A stretch of 64,000 nt of DNA from positions 21,756 through 85,755 of the IMG/VR virus record IMGVR_UViG_3300015214_000029, one strand, 5' to 3'. The translations under genes were made by a program, and so were the position numbers. Each line of letters begins with the position of its first letter. Within the stretch, counting starts at the first letter, position 1. This DNA comes from a virus (taxonomy: Duplodnaviria; Caudoviricetes). The notes beneath the pieces are model-generated. The model was not told where the DNA came from and ran no database searches. It saw only the letters and a list, made by a program, of their open reading frames with translations. Of this stretch, positions 28,565 to 38,360 are shown piece by piece.

Positions 28565-29931
28565 CAGAAACCCCCGAGTTTGGCTGAGGCTTTATCCCCC
28601 CAGCGTTTGAGGACCCCCGCCAACTGGCGGAAGTCGGTGACCTGGTACAGGTCATCACCCATCAGCAGCCACTCCTTCGGCGTGAAGGTCGGGTGTGGGG
28701 CCTGCAAGCAGAGCATCTGAAGGGTGTGGGATACCCGGGCGCGGATTGCACTCGGGTCGTCATCCTGGAAGGTGGCCCGGGCTGCTTCCGCCACTATCTG
28801 CATAATTTTGTATGCACTTTCCGGGTCCCCCTGCGCCACCGACTCCAGCATCAGCCGACAGTTCGTCACCTGACCGGCGTCCAGCAGGTACAGGAACCCC
28901 TTATCATCTCTCAGCACCATCTTGACGAACTCCCTCGGGGTACCCCCCGCTCGTCTAAAGTCCGTATAATCCTTCCCCGCCATCTCCCGGGGGAAGTAGC
29001 GCACCTCACCGCCCAGTAGTTCCGCCAACGCTTGCGCGTGGACGTGCTCGCTCGGGGTACTGTCCGGCACGATCACAACGCGCCGGGTCCCGGCCAGCCG
29101 CCTGCGCAGGTCCATTGACTCCACCCGGTCCGGGTTGCCGAAAACCGAAGCCCCGTTGGGCGAGAATGCAGGCAGTCCATCCTGCTCCGCCAGTAATTGA
29201 TCGAATGTCCCAATCAACCCGATCATGTAATCCGGATTGACCAGGTGTGAGCCGACGATGAACGGACGGTTGTGCCCAGCGTGCCCCACGTAGTGCCAGT
29301 TGGGTCCCGCTATAGGCGGGGACTCTGGCGTGCTCCGGTATTGTAGGGTCACCACCTCACTGTGGCGGGGAACCCCATCCCAGAAAGGTACAACATAGGC
29401 TTTATAGTCCGGTCGCCAGCCCAGCAGGTTCCGATCAATCGTCTCATCCGTCAGCAGGCGGGCCTCATACAGCCAGGTTCGGCGGTCCGGGGTCAATTCC
29501 CGGTGCCAGTAGTCGATCCACTTGCGGGGCACCGGCCCCTTGTAGTCCGCTGACGTGCGGCGACTGGCGTAAGCGACGGTCTCCAGAGCCGGAAAGCTGC
29601 CGAGGTGATCGGTGATGAACTGGACGGCATCAGGAAACGTGCAGCCTTCCATCTTCATCACATAATCAAACATATCAAACGCCTTGCGACAGGTAAAACA
29701 ATACGCCCCATCCGCATAGATGTGCAGATTGGGCGTTCGTTTATCGTTGTGCCACAGGCAGTGAACCTTGCCCCCCTTCTCGATGGAAGTGTAGAGGCTG
29801 ACCACCTGGGGCATCGACACCGTCTCACGCAGATAATCTAACTGCGAGCGTTCGATGTGTTGAAACTCACCCTCGGTCGGCGGCTGGTAGTTCTGGAGTT
29901 CTGGGTCATGGATGTCGAAGACATTGGACAT
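28561..29931 (-). CDS. DNA primase (CHC2 zinc finger plus TOPRIM)
   Basis: HCLWHND...YCFTC zinc domain; VVIVPD, GKDYTDF TOPRIM-like motifs. Confidence 0.85.
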   Translation of the reverse strand: MSNVFDIHDPELQNYQPPTEGEFQHIERSQLDYLRETVSMPQVVSLYTSIEKGGKVHCLWHNDKRTPNLHIYADGAYCFTCRKAFDMFDYVMKMEGCTFPDAVQFITDHLGSFPALETVAYASRRTSADYKGPVPRKWIDYWHRELTPDRRTWLYEARLLTDETIDRNLLGWRPDYKAYVVPFWDGVPRHSEVVTLQYRSTPESPPIAGPNWHYVGHAGHNRPFIVGSHLVNPDYMIGLIGTFDQLLAEQDGLPAFSPNGASVFGNPDRVESMDLRRRLAGTRRVVIVPDSTPSEHVHAQALAELLGGEVRYFPREMAGKDYTDFRRAGGTPREFVKMVLRDDKGFLYLLDAGQVTNCRLMLESVAQGDPESAYKIMQIVAEAARATFQDDDPSAIRARVSHTLQMLCLQAPHPTFTPKEWLLMGDDLYQVTDFRQLAGVLKRWGDKASAKLGGFW

Positions 29932-29945
29932 GGTCTCTCCCTATC

Positions 29946-30299
29946 TCATGAACGCCTCTCTTCCAAGAGCTTGCCGACGAGCTTGAACGAGAACGGGTAC
30001 TCGGACACCTGGAGCGCCATGCGAATCCCACGCTCTACCTCACCCGCCCCGTACTTCTGCTTGAGCAGATTACAGTGACGCAGCAGGATAGGCCGGGACA
30101 ACTGCTCTTCTATGGTCTCCCCGTACCGCTGCCTCTGTTGGCCCAGCATAAAGTCCACCAGCGTCGTCGTCTTCTCCCCCAGCTTGGGCTCGAAGTGTGA
30201 CCCGAACGGGTCACCCCTCAGGATAGGATGTATGGCATCCACCTCGGGGTGACCCGCCCACTGGTTGCCTAGATGCGGGCGCTGCTTACGCCTCAGCAT
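29946..30299 (-). CDS. Hypothetical protein
   Basis: 117-aa ORF in replication block. Confidence 0.55.
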   Translation of the reverse strand: MLRRKQRPHLGNQWAGHPEVDAIHPILRGDPFGSHFEPKLGEKTTTLVDFMLGQQRQRYGETIEEQLSRPILLRHCNLLKQKYGAGEVERGIRMALQVSEYPFSFKLVGKLLEERRS

Positions 30300-30302
30300 A
30301 GA

Positions 30303-31580
30303 CTAGAACCCCAGGTTCGCTTCCTCGTGCCCATCCTTCAGCACCGTGTAGAGACGGTGTGCATCGGCTGGAGACAGCGAGCCAATCTGCCGCTTGCCGC
30401 CGACCTTCGGCAGTTCCAGCAGGTCCCAGGTCTCGACCAGGTTTTCCTTCGCCCACTTAACCCCCTCGGGGGTGAGTTCCAGATTCAGGTCCGCCTGCCC
30501 TTCCGGGGTCGGCTCGAAGACTGCCACGTCCGGGGTCAGCGTGTCCTCGATGAAGATCACGAGGCGCTGAAGTTCCTCGGACTGGGTGCCCTTGTCGCCC
30601 TGCACGTCCACCTCATCGTCATCGTCCTCGCCTGCCAGCACGAACTTGAGCAGGTCAACCTTCAGACGACCTTCCTTCGTGCGCTCCAGCACGCCCCGGG
30701 CCGAGCGGTTCTCGTCCGCGATCCGATGGCGGATCACCTCAAAGGGGTTCTCTGCCTCGTTGACCCCGAACTTACTCTCGGTCGGATCAGTCTGCCAGAT
30801 GTAGTCCCCCCACTCCACATCGCCCGGTGCGTGCTTGGCAAAGTGGAACAGAAGTCGCTGAAGACGAACGGCATGAACCGGAGTCCCGGGCCGGTCATCC
30901 GGGAAGCTGATGGGCTTGGGGCGCACAATCCCATCGTCGTCCACCGTCGTCCCATCGAAGGGCTGGTACAGGGTCTCGTAGATCTGGAACCCATCGAAGG
31001 GCGTCGGCTTGCCCCAGGCATCCCCGGTAATCTCATACACGATGCGAGCCGTCTCCGTATCTCCCCAGCGATTGCTGAACTTGATGGGGTCCTGCCCATC
31101 GTGCCCGAAGATCTTGACCACCCGCAGATGGTACTCACCCAGCGGGGGACCAAATTCCTTTGACCAGTATTTGACGTAAGGCGTGCTCTTCTCGGTGACC
31201 ACCACCTTGAGTGGGCGGGGCTGGGTGATCTTCTCCAGCACCTTCTGGACCCGCAGCAGGAACCCGGTGGTCTCTTCTGCCGGAAGCACCTTCGCCGGGT
31301 TCGCCCCGAGCGTCGTCACCAACACCACCAGTTCCGGCACCGTCAGCGTCGCCAGGATCGAGGGCGTCTCTTCCGCCACCTTCAGGCGCAGAAGGGCCTG
31401 CATCCGCCCATCCAGCACGGACGGCTTGAAGATCGGGTCACCATTCTCTTCATCCGTCCACACGAACCCGGCGATCCCGAGTACCGTGTAGTTCCCGGCC
31501 TTTGGCTTCTCGAACTCCCCGCCCGAGGTAGGCTGGAGTTCGGTCAGGCCCTTCTCAGTCGTATCCCAAATGCTTACCAT
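30303..31580 (-). CDS. Hypothetical replication protein (possible ssDNA-binding protein)
   Basis: 425 aa, acidic, ends in GF; position between primase and helicase genes. Confidence 0.4.
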   Translation of the reverse strand: MVSIWDTTEKGLTELQPTSGGEFEKPKAGNYTVLGIAGFVWTDEENGDPIFKPSVLDGRMQALLRLKVAEETPSILATLTVPELVVLVTTLGANPAKVLPAEETTGFLLRVQKVLEKITQPRPLKVVVTEKSTPYVKYWSKEFGPPLGEYHLRVVKIFGHDGQDPIKFSNRWGDTETARIVYEITGDAWGKPTPFDGFQIYETLYQPFDGTTVDDDGIVRPKPISFPDDRPGTPVHAVRLQRLLFHFAKHAPGDVEWGDYIWQTDPTESKFGVNEAENPFEVIRHRIADENRSARGVLERTKEGRLKVDLLKFVLAGEDDDDEVDVQGDKGTQSEELQRLVIFIEDTLTPDVAVFEPTPEGQADLNLELTPEGVKWAKENLVETWDLLELPKVGGKRQIGSLSPADAHRLYTVLKDGHEEANLGF

Positions 31581-31626
31581 GTTTTTTCTCCCTCGCTGCC
31601 TCGCGCAGCTATACTAGACTCCGTGC

Positions 31627-32049
31627 TTAAAAGCCCTTGCTCGACTGGCGGGTAATACTCTCAATCGCCAGGTTTGCCTCGATCACCCGCTGCTGCAACC
31701 TCAGGAACTCTTCAATGTGAATCGTCCCTTCCAGCAGCGGCTCAGCACTGGCCTCGTGCCCCGGGCGAGGAATGGCAATGACCAGTTCCCGCCCCACCGG
31801 GGGCTCCAGGTTAAAGCCTGCCCGGATCTCATCTCGCTTGTCCGGGCCAGTGCGCAGGTTGACCCCGGTCCAATACTTGGTCAGCGAGATGTAGATGTAA
31901 CTATCCGTCACCGCTGGCTGCGCGGTCGGCATCTCCATCTCGAACCCGAGCGTACCGGGGCTCTCGTCCAGCAGGTTCTCTGACAGGGCTTCCGCTGCCA
32001 GAGCTTCCAGGTTGAGTGTGGGGGGCTTCTTAGCCACGTACCACCTCAC
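31627..32049 (-). CDS. Hypothetical protein
   Basis: 140-aa ORF, coupled. Confidence 0.5.
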   Translation of the reverse strand: MRWYVAKKPPTLNLEALAAEALSENLLDESPGTLGFEMEMPTAQPAVTDSYIYISLTKYWTGVNLRTGPDKRDEIRAGFNLEPPVGRELVIAIPRPGHEASAEPLLEGTIHIEEFLRLQQRVIEANLAIESITRQSSKGF

Positions 32050-32329
32050 GACGAAAGACTCGGGTCACCAGGTCCAGCATCCTCGGGTTCTGGAGCGCCC
32101 CCACCATCATGGCAACCGCCCGCCTACCCTGCATGGTGCGCTGGTAGTAGTAGCTGCCCTGGTACCCGGGTTTCGGGTCCCGGTAGTAGGTGCGCATTGC
32201 TTCCTTGAGTTCCGGGTCGGGGATGGCATCGAGCACCCCGTTTAGGAACTCTTGGAACTCTGCATCGGTGCCCGGGAAGCCGGACTCTTCCTGCAACTTC
32301 TTATTCCTCTGTGCTAGGCTCCAAGCCAT
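32030..32329 (-). CDS. Hypothetical protein
   Basis: 99-aa ORF with GAGGT RBS. Confidence 0.5.
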   Translation of the reverse strand: MAWSLAQRNKKLQEESGFPGTDAEFQEFLNGVLDAIPDPELKEAMRTYYRDPKPGYQGSYYYQRTMQGRRAVAMMVGALQNPRMLDLVTRVFRREVVRG

Positions 32330-34376
32330 GCTCCACCTCTCGACTCATCAAGTCCATCTCATATACAAACCGGCTGGGCGGCAGCGGCTCTTTCTGCCCG
32401 GGCCACTGGGCCACCCCCGATACTCGACAGCGCCGCTTGGCGCGGGTCACCGCCACGTACATGACGTTGCGCTCGTCCCAGACCGTTGACTTCGACGGTC
32501 GGGGAATGCCATCTGTAGGTGGCGTCCAGCCCAGCGAGAACCGGTGAGGCAGGACCCCATCGCTCGCCCCGATGATGTAAGTGTTCGGGCGCTCCAGCCC
32601 CTTGAACCGGTAGATGGTGCCGATCAGTACATAGTCCACCAGATCCTCGGGCTTGACGTTCTTCCCGGCCTGAAGCTGGGCCATGTAGGTGAAGAAGTCC
32701 TCGACCGACAGCCGACTGCCGATCTCTTCCAGCACCGCCAGGTCATCCCAGACCGACTCGATCTCGCCGCTGCCTGCCTCGTCATCCTCGGCTCGGTACT
32801 CGGCTTCAATCCAGGCATCCAGCACGAACTTGCGGAGTTCCTGGATGAAGACCAGTGCACTGTTGCCGGGGCTGAATTGCAGGTGCTCCAGCGTCTCGAT
32901 CAGATCCGTCGCGCCGTTCTTCCACTGCGCCCAGCCCTTGCGGTTCTCATCAAACCGGTGTGCCCGCAGTTGGGCTACCACTGGCTGGGTCCGGTCCAGG
33001 CGAGAGTTGAACTCTGCGCCCAGGTAGCGGGTCGGGCAGTAGCTACCGTCTCGCTTGGTCATATTCAGCGAGGCGATGTTGTATACGTAGTCATACGCAT
33101 CCCAGTCTACCGGGTTCACCGCCAGCCGCATGTAGGACGTGACGATCTTTGGGATGCGACGGTTGAAGAACGACATGTTCCCCAGGTTGACAAACGGGAT
33201 GCCCCGGCGCAGGAACTCAAGCTCGATGTAAGCCATCTGCGCGTTGACCCGCCCCATGACAAAGTAATCACCGGGCTTGCCATCCTCGCTGAGCAGTTCC
33301 GCCTCGATCTCCCGGGCGATCTCCCATGCCTCTTCCTCGGGGTCCTCAAACCAGGCCCAAGTCAGGTCGGGCCCGGGCATCGCCTCTTCCCACGCCTCGA
33401 TGGTCTTCCCATACTTACGGGTTTCCTCATCGTAGTTGTGAATGATGAGGCTCGCCGCCCGCTTGAGCAGGCCCGGGTGCGAGCGGAAGTTCACCGTCAT
33501 GTTGAACCGCTGCCCGCCAAAGATCCGGTCAAACCCATCCCGCAGGTTGAACTCTGGCGCGGCTCCATTGAACTGGTACAAGGTCTGGTCCGCATCCCCG
33601 ACGATAAACGCGGCCTTTGGGTGCAGCTTCTCCACAATGCGCATCGCCTGGGCGCTCGTATCCTGCGCCTCGTCAATGAGCAGGTGCGTGAACCGCTGCT
33701 GCCAGTAGGTACGGAACCCCTCATCGTAGGTGAAGGCGTACTCTGCCTCGTACATCATGTCCGCGAAGTCTACCAGATTATCCCGCTGCATCTCGTGCCG
33801 GTAGTGCAGAGCGGCGCGGGTCAGGTTGGGTGCCCAGTAGTCGCCCACCTGCTCATCGAAGTAGTGGTACAGGGCATCATGCTCCCAGCGGATGAAGTCG
33901 CGTTTGGCCTCATCGATCCAGTAGAGGATCGAGTTGAACCCGACCGGCTCCAGCTTCCGGGTCCGGGGGTTCTCGACCAGCCAGCCGATCTTCTCCACCC
34001 ACTTCTCGATGATCGAGCGCGACTGCCAGGACTTGGCAACCCGACGCGCGGCGAACTCAGGGTAGTATTCTTTGAGCATCCGCCAGCAGGCTGCATGGAT
34101 CGTCGTCACCTGTCCGTTGCCCCCGAGCCCGGTCCTCAGACTGGTCTCTGCTAGGTACGGAAAGGTACTGAAGATGCGCAGTCCCATGTCCTCGGCCTGC
34201 GAGCGGGAGAAGGTGACCACCAGGATATTGTCGGGGTTGACCCCGTTCTGCACCAGGTGATCCAGCCGCCGCTCGATGACAAACGTTTTGCCACTGCCGG
34301 GCACGGCTTCCAGTACGACATGTGCGTCAATGGGAGCCTCGATTGCTTTTCTCTGCTGAGGGGTTGCCTTAGCCAT
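32301..34376 (-). CDS. UvrD/PcrA-family SF1 helicase
   Basis: AVPGSGKT, LLIDEAQD, VGDADQTLYQFNGA, FKGLE, YVAVTRAK. Confidence 0.95.
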   Translation of the reverse strand: MAKATPQQRKAIEAPIDAHVVLEAVPGSGKTFVIERRLDHLVQNGVNPDNILVVTFSRSQAEDMGLRIFSTFPYLAETSLRTGLGGNGQVTTIHAACWRMLKEYYPEFAARRVAKSWQSRSIIEKWVEKIGWLVENPRTRKLEPVGFNSILYWIDEAKRDFIRWEHDALYHYFDEQVGDYWAPNLTRAALHYRHEMQRDNLVDFADMMYEAEYAFTYDEGFRTYWQQRFTHLLIDEAQDTSAQAMRIVEKLHPKAAFIVGDADQTLYQFNGAAPEFNLRDGFDRIFGGQRFNMTVNFRSHPGLLKRAASLIIHNYDEETRKYGKTIEAWEEAMPGPDLTWAWFEDPEEEAWEIAREIEAELLSEDGKPGDYFVMGRVNAQMAYIELEFLRRGIPFVNLGNMSFFNRRIPKIVTSYMRLAVNPVDWDAYDYVYNIASLNMTKRDGSYCPTRYLGAEFNSRLDRTQPVVAQLRAHRFDENRKGWAQWKNGATDLIETLEHLQFSPGNSALVFIQELRKFVLDAWIEAEYRAEDDEAGSGEIESVWDDLAVLEEIGSRLSVEDFFTYMAQLQAGKNVKPEDLVDYVLIGTIYRFKGLERPNTYIIGASDGVLPHRFSLGWTPPTDGIPRPSKSTVWDERNVMYVAVTRAKRRCRVSGVAQWPGQKEPLPPSRFVYEMDLMSREVEHGLEPSTEE

Positions 34377-34379
34377 TAC

Positions 34380-34844
34380 CTACTCCCAGTGCGCCATGCG
34401 CACGGTACCATCCGGCAGGAACTCGGCGTGAGCCGCGCACAGTGCCGGGTCCTCGCTGACCAGATCCGGCTCGCCACAGTAGATGCAGCCCCGGGTCACC
34501 TCGGGGTGAACATCCAGTTGGGTGACCGCTTCCCGCACGCGCAGCTGGAGCCGATCCTGCCAGCCCTGCGTGCGCAGGATGCGGGGGGTGCTCGACGTGT
34601 AGCGATCCACCTGCCCATAGACCACGCGGATCGCATCCGCATCCTTCTCCCGAGAGGTCATCGAGCGACCGTCAATGGTCGAGAAGACGCGCACGAACTT
34701 GCGGGTCTGCGGGAAGAGGATCTGGTAGACCAGTTCGTTCCCCCGGAAAGACCACGAGAGTTGACCCCCGGCTGCGCGAGCCAGCGGGTCCATCACTGCC
34801 AGCATGTCGGCATGGGTGAAGCGGACGAACTTTTTTCTAGCCAT
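34380..34844 (-). CDS. Hypothetical protein
   Basis: Start MARKK after AAGGAGTC RBS. Confidence 0.55.
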   Translation of the reverse strand: MARKKFVRFTHADMLAVMDPLARAAGGQLSWSFRGNELVYQILFPQTRKFVRVFSTIDGRSMTSREKDADAIRVVYGQVDRYTSSTPRILRTQGWQDRLQLRVREAVTQLDVHPEVTRGCIYCGEPDLVSEDPALCAAHAEFLPDGTVRMAHWE

Positions 34845-34890
34845 GTTCAGACTCCTTGACACGGGGTAGGTTTCGTCATCTCTATCTATC

Positions 34891-35021
34891 AGTATAGTTG
34901 AGGTTTTTAAGCCTGTCAAGAGATTGGGGGCAGAGGTTTTTGGCCCCTGCCCCCTTTCCTGGCACCCTTACAGGTGACCGTCAGCAACTCTCAGTATAGT
35001 TGAGGTTTCTAACCCTGTCAA
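34891..35021 (-). promoter_or_regulatory. Two tandem near-identical sigma70 promoters
   Basis: TTGACA-N17-TATACT at 34891-34919 and 34993-35021, both with AAACCTCAAC in the spacer. Confidence 0.8.
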
Positions 35022-35029
35022 CCCCCAAT

Positions 35030-36298
35030 TTAGTAAGGTCGTTGGGCGATGATACTGACCATCTCAGAGTGCAGCCAAGACTGGTTGAAGTAGTCCGTGC
35101 TGGCGTAGCCGGTATAGCCGTTCATGGTGTAGATGGGGTAAGGCAGCGCCCGGATAGCCGCCCCGAGTGCCACCAGGTCCCGGGCCTTGTCCGGCTTGGG
35201 GGTACTCTGCTGCCCGTTGGCAAACTCAGTGACGTGGAACTCAGTAAATCCGAGTGGGATGAAGTGATCGCACACCCACTTCACATGCTCCACTGCCTTC
35301 TGCACCGTTACCCCGTTGCCTGTGTAGGTGTGAATATCGATGGCAACCGGGGCGTACTCAGTCAGGGCCTTCGCTGCCCAGCTTGAGCCCGCTACCCAGT
35401 CATTGTGAGCGTGATGCCGGACCCCCGGCGAGCTTCCGGTCACGGGTACCGGTGAAGCGGCAGGATAGTGCAGGGTCGCCCCCGGGTACCGGTGGGACAG
35501 GTAGATCCCGGCATCTAGGAAGGCATACCCAAAAGTCTGGGGGTCGGGCCACTGCACCTTGTAGCCCTCTCGGGCACCCTCGCCGTCCAGGTTGGTCTCG
35601 TTGTAGATGATGATGTGCATTCGCTCGCGCAGGTAAGGCCAGAGAGGGTCGAGTGCCCGGTTAAACTCCCCGTAAATCTGGTCACGACTCTTACCCCCCT
35701 CGAACTTGATCAGCGGGCGGATCAAGAACTGCATGGGGACGCCCCGCTGCTCAGTTGAGACTCGGTCCATCATCTCCAGGGTGCGCTGGGTTACACCCCC
35801 GTGTGTGACAACAACCCAGGACCCGGGGCGGATGGCCCGGATCATGGCCTCGATGTCGCTGTTGTAGTCCCAGGGGTCCGAGACCGTGCCCCCAAAGATG
35901 GCTCGGGTTGCGGGGGACCAGACCCGCAGGTACTCCCGACTAGCCCAGCCAACCGTACCCTGTGTGTCGATGAGCTTGAACCAGGGACTACGGTCCTCTA
36001 ACCGTCCCAGCTTTTCCTGGGGAGTCAGCGTCCGGATGATGGAATAATGGGTGCCCGGCCCGGTACGAAAATTCAAGCCCACAGTGGGCGTCCAGTAACT
36101 ATCCGGTTGAGGGGGTTCGGGTGTTGGAGGTGCCGGGGCCGGTGGCTCTGTCCGGATCTGGCGGATCAGGGCTTGGATCTGGGTAACAGATTGCTCGATC
36201 TGGCTGACCGCCGAGGTCAGGGCTTGGCGGGTCAACCCTTGCGAGGTCTCTAGCTGAGCGAGTTGGGAGAGTATCGAGTCGATGTTCATGTGTGCCAC
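35030..36298 (-). CDS. SH3b plus clan GH-A-like glycoside hydrolase (putative cell-wall enzyme)
   Basis: Coiled N-terminus, LNFRTGPGTHY SH3 motif, IYNE acid/base and HVTEF nucleophile-like motifs, DIHTY. Confidence 0.65.
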   Translation of the reverse strand: MAHMNIDSILSQLAQLETSQGLTRQALTSAVSQIEQSVTQIQALIRQIRTEPPAPAPPTPEPPQPDSYWTPTVGLNFRTGPGTHYSIIRTLTPQEKLGRLEDRSPWFKLIDTQGTVGWASREYLRVWSPATRAIFGGTVSDPWDYNSDIEAMIRAIRPGSWVVVTHGGVTQRTLEMMDRVSTEQRGVPMQFLIRPLIKFEGGKSRDQIYGEFNRALDPLWPYLRERMHIIIYNETNLDGEGAREGYKVQWPDPQTFGYAFLDAGIYLSHRYPGATLHYPAASPVPVTGSSPGVRHHAHNDWVAGSSWAAKALTEYAPVAIDIHTYTGNGVTVQKAVEHVKWVCDHFIPLGFTEFHVTEFANGQQSTPKPDKARDLVALGAAIRALPYPIYTMNGYTGYASTDYFNQSWLHSEMVSIIAQRPY

Positions 36299-36748
36299 CA
36301 GTTTCGGGTCGGTGCTGTCGGTTTGTTTTCGAAGCCAGGTTCTCTATATATGAGTATTAAATATATTAGATCGACTCTTAGAGTCCTTTCTTTTATGGAT
36401 ATAGGCCGACAGTGGAGTTGGATTAAGGTATATAGTTATTATTATATATTACTTTATATAATGAGTCCGTCTTATATGCATATAGACTCTATGAGTCTTT
36501 TTCCCTATGAGAAAGACTCATAAGGGAGACCTGGGGCCTCACAAAAAAGCATACACCCTTTTGCCTCGCGAGTCAAACTTGACAGCCCGGAGCTTTGGGT
36601 GTATGCTTCTAGGTGGAGCGAGGTTCCGAATGGTCGGCAGTCATGGGCCGACCCTTTACGGTGCCTGTCGGGGAGACAATTCTGGGAGAGGAATTGTCTC
36701 CCCTTTTCGTTTAATCGGGCAGTTCTATATACATATAGGAGTCAAGAG

Positions 36749-37540
36749 ATGCGGGGATTTTTGAAAACCTCAGCCGTGCCGCTCGCCCTGCTCGCCATCA
36801 AACTGCTGACGACCTGGCGAACGGCAGTTGACACGTTCAGTGTCACTCACGACTGGCTGGATGTGATCCTGATCGACGGTGTCATGCTCGCTTTCTGGTT
36901 GGTCACGGCTTACGCGGGTGAGAACCAGACGGCTATGTCCATTCGACCCTTCACGGCTATCGGTGCCTGGGCGCTGTATCTCTCCCAGCTTTACATCGGC
37001 TGGGAAGCGACTCATACCGGGGTCGCCTTCATCGTGCGTGGTGCGGGCGGACTTGCCCTGCTCTACGATACCTGGGACTATGTTGCTGCCCTGACCCGCA
37101 AGCAGGCCCGGCGTCGGCGCAGCATCCGGGAGAAGCGGGCGTCGCAGCGGTTGTTCGTCATGAATATTGGGTACCTGTTCTTCGTGCTGGTGGGGACTCC
37201 GGTCTGGTGGCTGGTCAGTGGGGTGTCAGTGGTGGTGGACTTCGCCCGGGATGCCGGGCTGGTCATCCGGCCTGCCAAGCATGTCAGTGCTGTCAGTCGG
37301 CTTGACACGGTTGACATCATTGACGGTGAGGCTGTCAACCCTGAGCGTCAGCTAACGTCAGGTACCGTGTCAGGGGTAACGTCAGCCCTGTCAACGACTG
37401 ACAGGCGTCGTCAGATTGAACGTCAGGTTGACACTGACCCTAATGTCACGGTGACACAGTTGGCTGTCAAGTATAACGTCAGTCGTGGCACCATTTACAA
37501 CGATCTGAACAGTCTGGGTATTACCCTGACACAGAAGTAG
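36749..37540 (+). CDS. Multi-pass membrane protein with C-terminal HTH (DUF2637/Spd-like architecture)
   Basis: 4-5 hydrophobic segments; C-terminal VTQLAVKYNVSRGTIYNDL helix-turn-helix; AGGAG RBS. Confidence 0.7.
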   Translation: MRGFLKTSAVPLALLAIKLLTTWRTAVDTFSVTHDWLDVILIDGVMLAFWLVTAYAGENQTAMSIRPFTAIGAWALYLSQLYIGWEATHTGVAFIVRGAGGLALLYDTWDYVAALTRKQARRRRSIREKRASQRLFVMNIGYLFFVLVGTPVWWLVSGVSVVVDFARDAGLVIRPAKHVSAVSRLDTVDIIDGEAVNPERQLTSGTVSGVTSALSTTDRRRQIERQVDTDPNVTVTQLAVKYNVSRGTIYNDLNSLGITLTQK

Positions 37541-37660
37541 TGTCAGGTTGACAGGGGTAACGTCAGGGGATTGTACAGTTGACGTTACCCCTGTCAGGTG
37601 GGGTGTCAGTCCTGTGCAGGCTGAGTGTCAGCCTGAAGAGTTATGAGCTTGGCCCTGACA
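37282..37660. repeat. Cluster of 26 YGTCAR motifs (either strand) with a 17-bp perfect inverted repeat at 37549-37565/37580-37596
   Basis: Counted directly in the sequence. Confidence 0.9.
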
Positions 37661-38106
37661 TCTTTCAGGGCGTCCACGATCTTCCAGCCTGTGAGATAGT
37701 ACTCGCTGATGCGCTGCACTTTCGGCAGGGCAGCGTCAATGTTGTTGACAGCCGCCGCCAGGTTGTCGATCTCCACCGCTGCTGCTGCCCAGTCGAGGGC
37801 GTAATGGACATCCTGACGCAGCGTGTCAGCCCCATCCTGCTCGAAGGCAGAGTGCATGTCCAGCACGTCCTCAGCCAGATCGTACAGGGTGTCCGCCAAT
37901 CCTTCCTTGTACTCTTCAAGGGCCTTTTCTCGGGCGAACTCGGCATACTCTTGGGCCTCAACCTCATTGACGAAGAACGCCACCTCTCGGCTGGCCCCCT
38001 CGGGGTGCTGCTCCCGGACCGCATAGAACTTGATCTCCACCGTCTTGGCAGAGTGGAGGTTCACCTTGCGGCTCAGGGTCTCGGGATGCACTAGGTACTT
38101 GACCAT
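37606..38106 (-). CDS. Hypothetical protein
   Basis: Start MVKYL after AAGGAGTC RBS. Confidence 0.55.
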   Translation of the reverse strand: MVKYLVHPETLSRKVNLHSAKTVEIKFYAVREQHPEGASREVAFFVNEVEAQEYAEFAREKALEEYKEGLADTLYDLAEDVLDMHSAFEQDGADTLRQDVHYALDWAAAAVEIDNLAAAVNNIDAALPKVQRISEYYLTGWKIVDALKDVRAKLITLQADTQPAQD

Positions 38107-38360
38107 TTGATTGACTCCTTTGTCTGCCGGGGGTACTGCTCGCGCACGTACCGCTCGGCTTTGTCCAACGTGGTAAATTCTGTATCTATATACCAGCCAG
38201 CGGGCTCGGTGCCCCACTGGGGGAAGTAGATGAGGACCTGGTAGCCGTCCCCACCGGGGCGGATGAGAACATGGGATGGTTCGTTTTGACCGAGCACATG
38301 ACACCTCTTCAGCAGGGTTGGGGGTGCCTAGTGTAGCACACCCCCAGCCCCGCTAAAATG

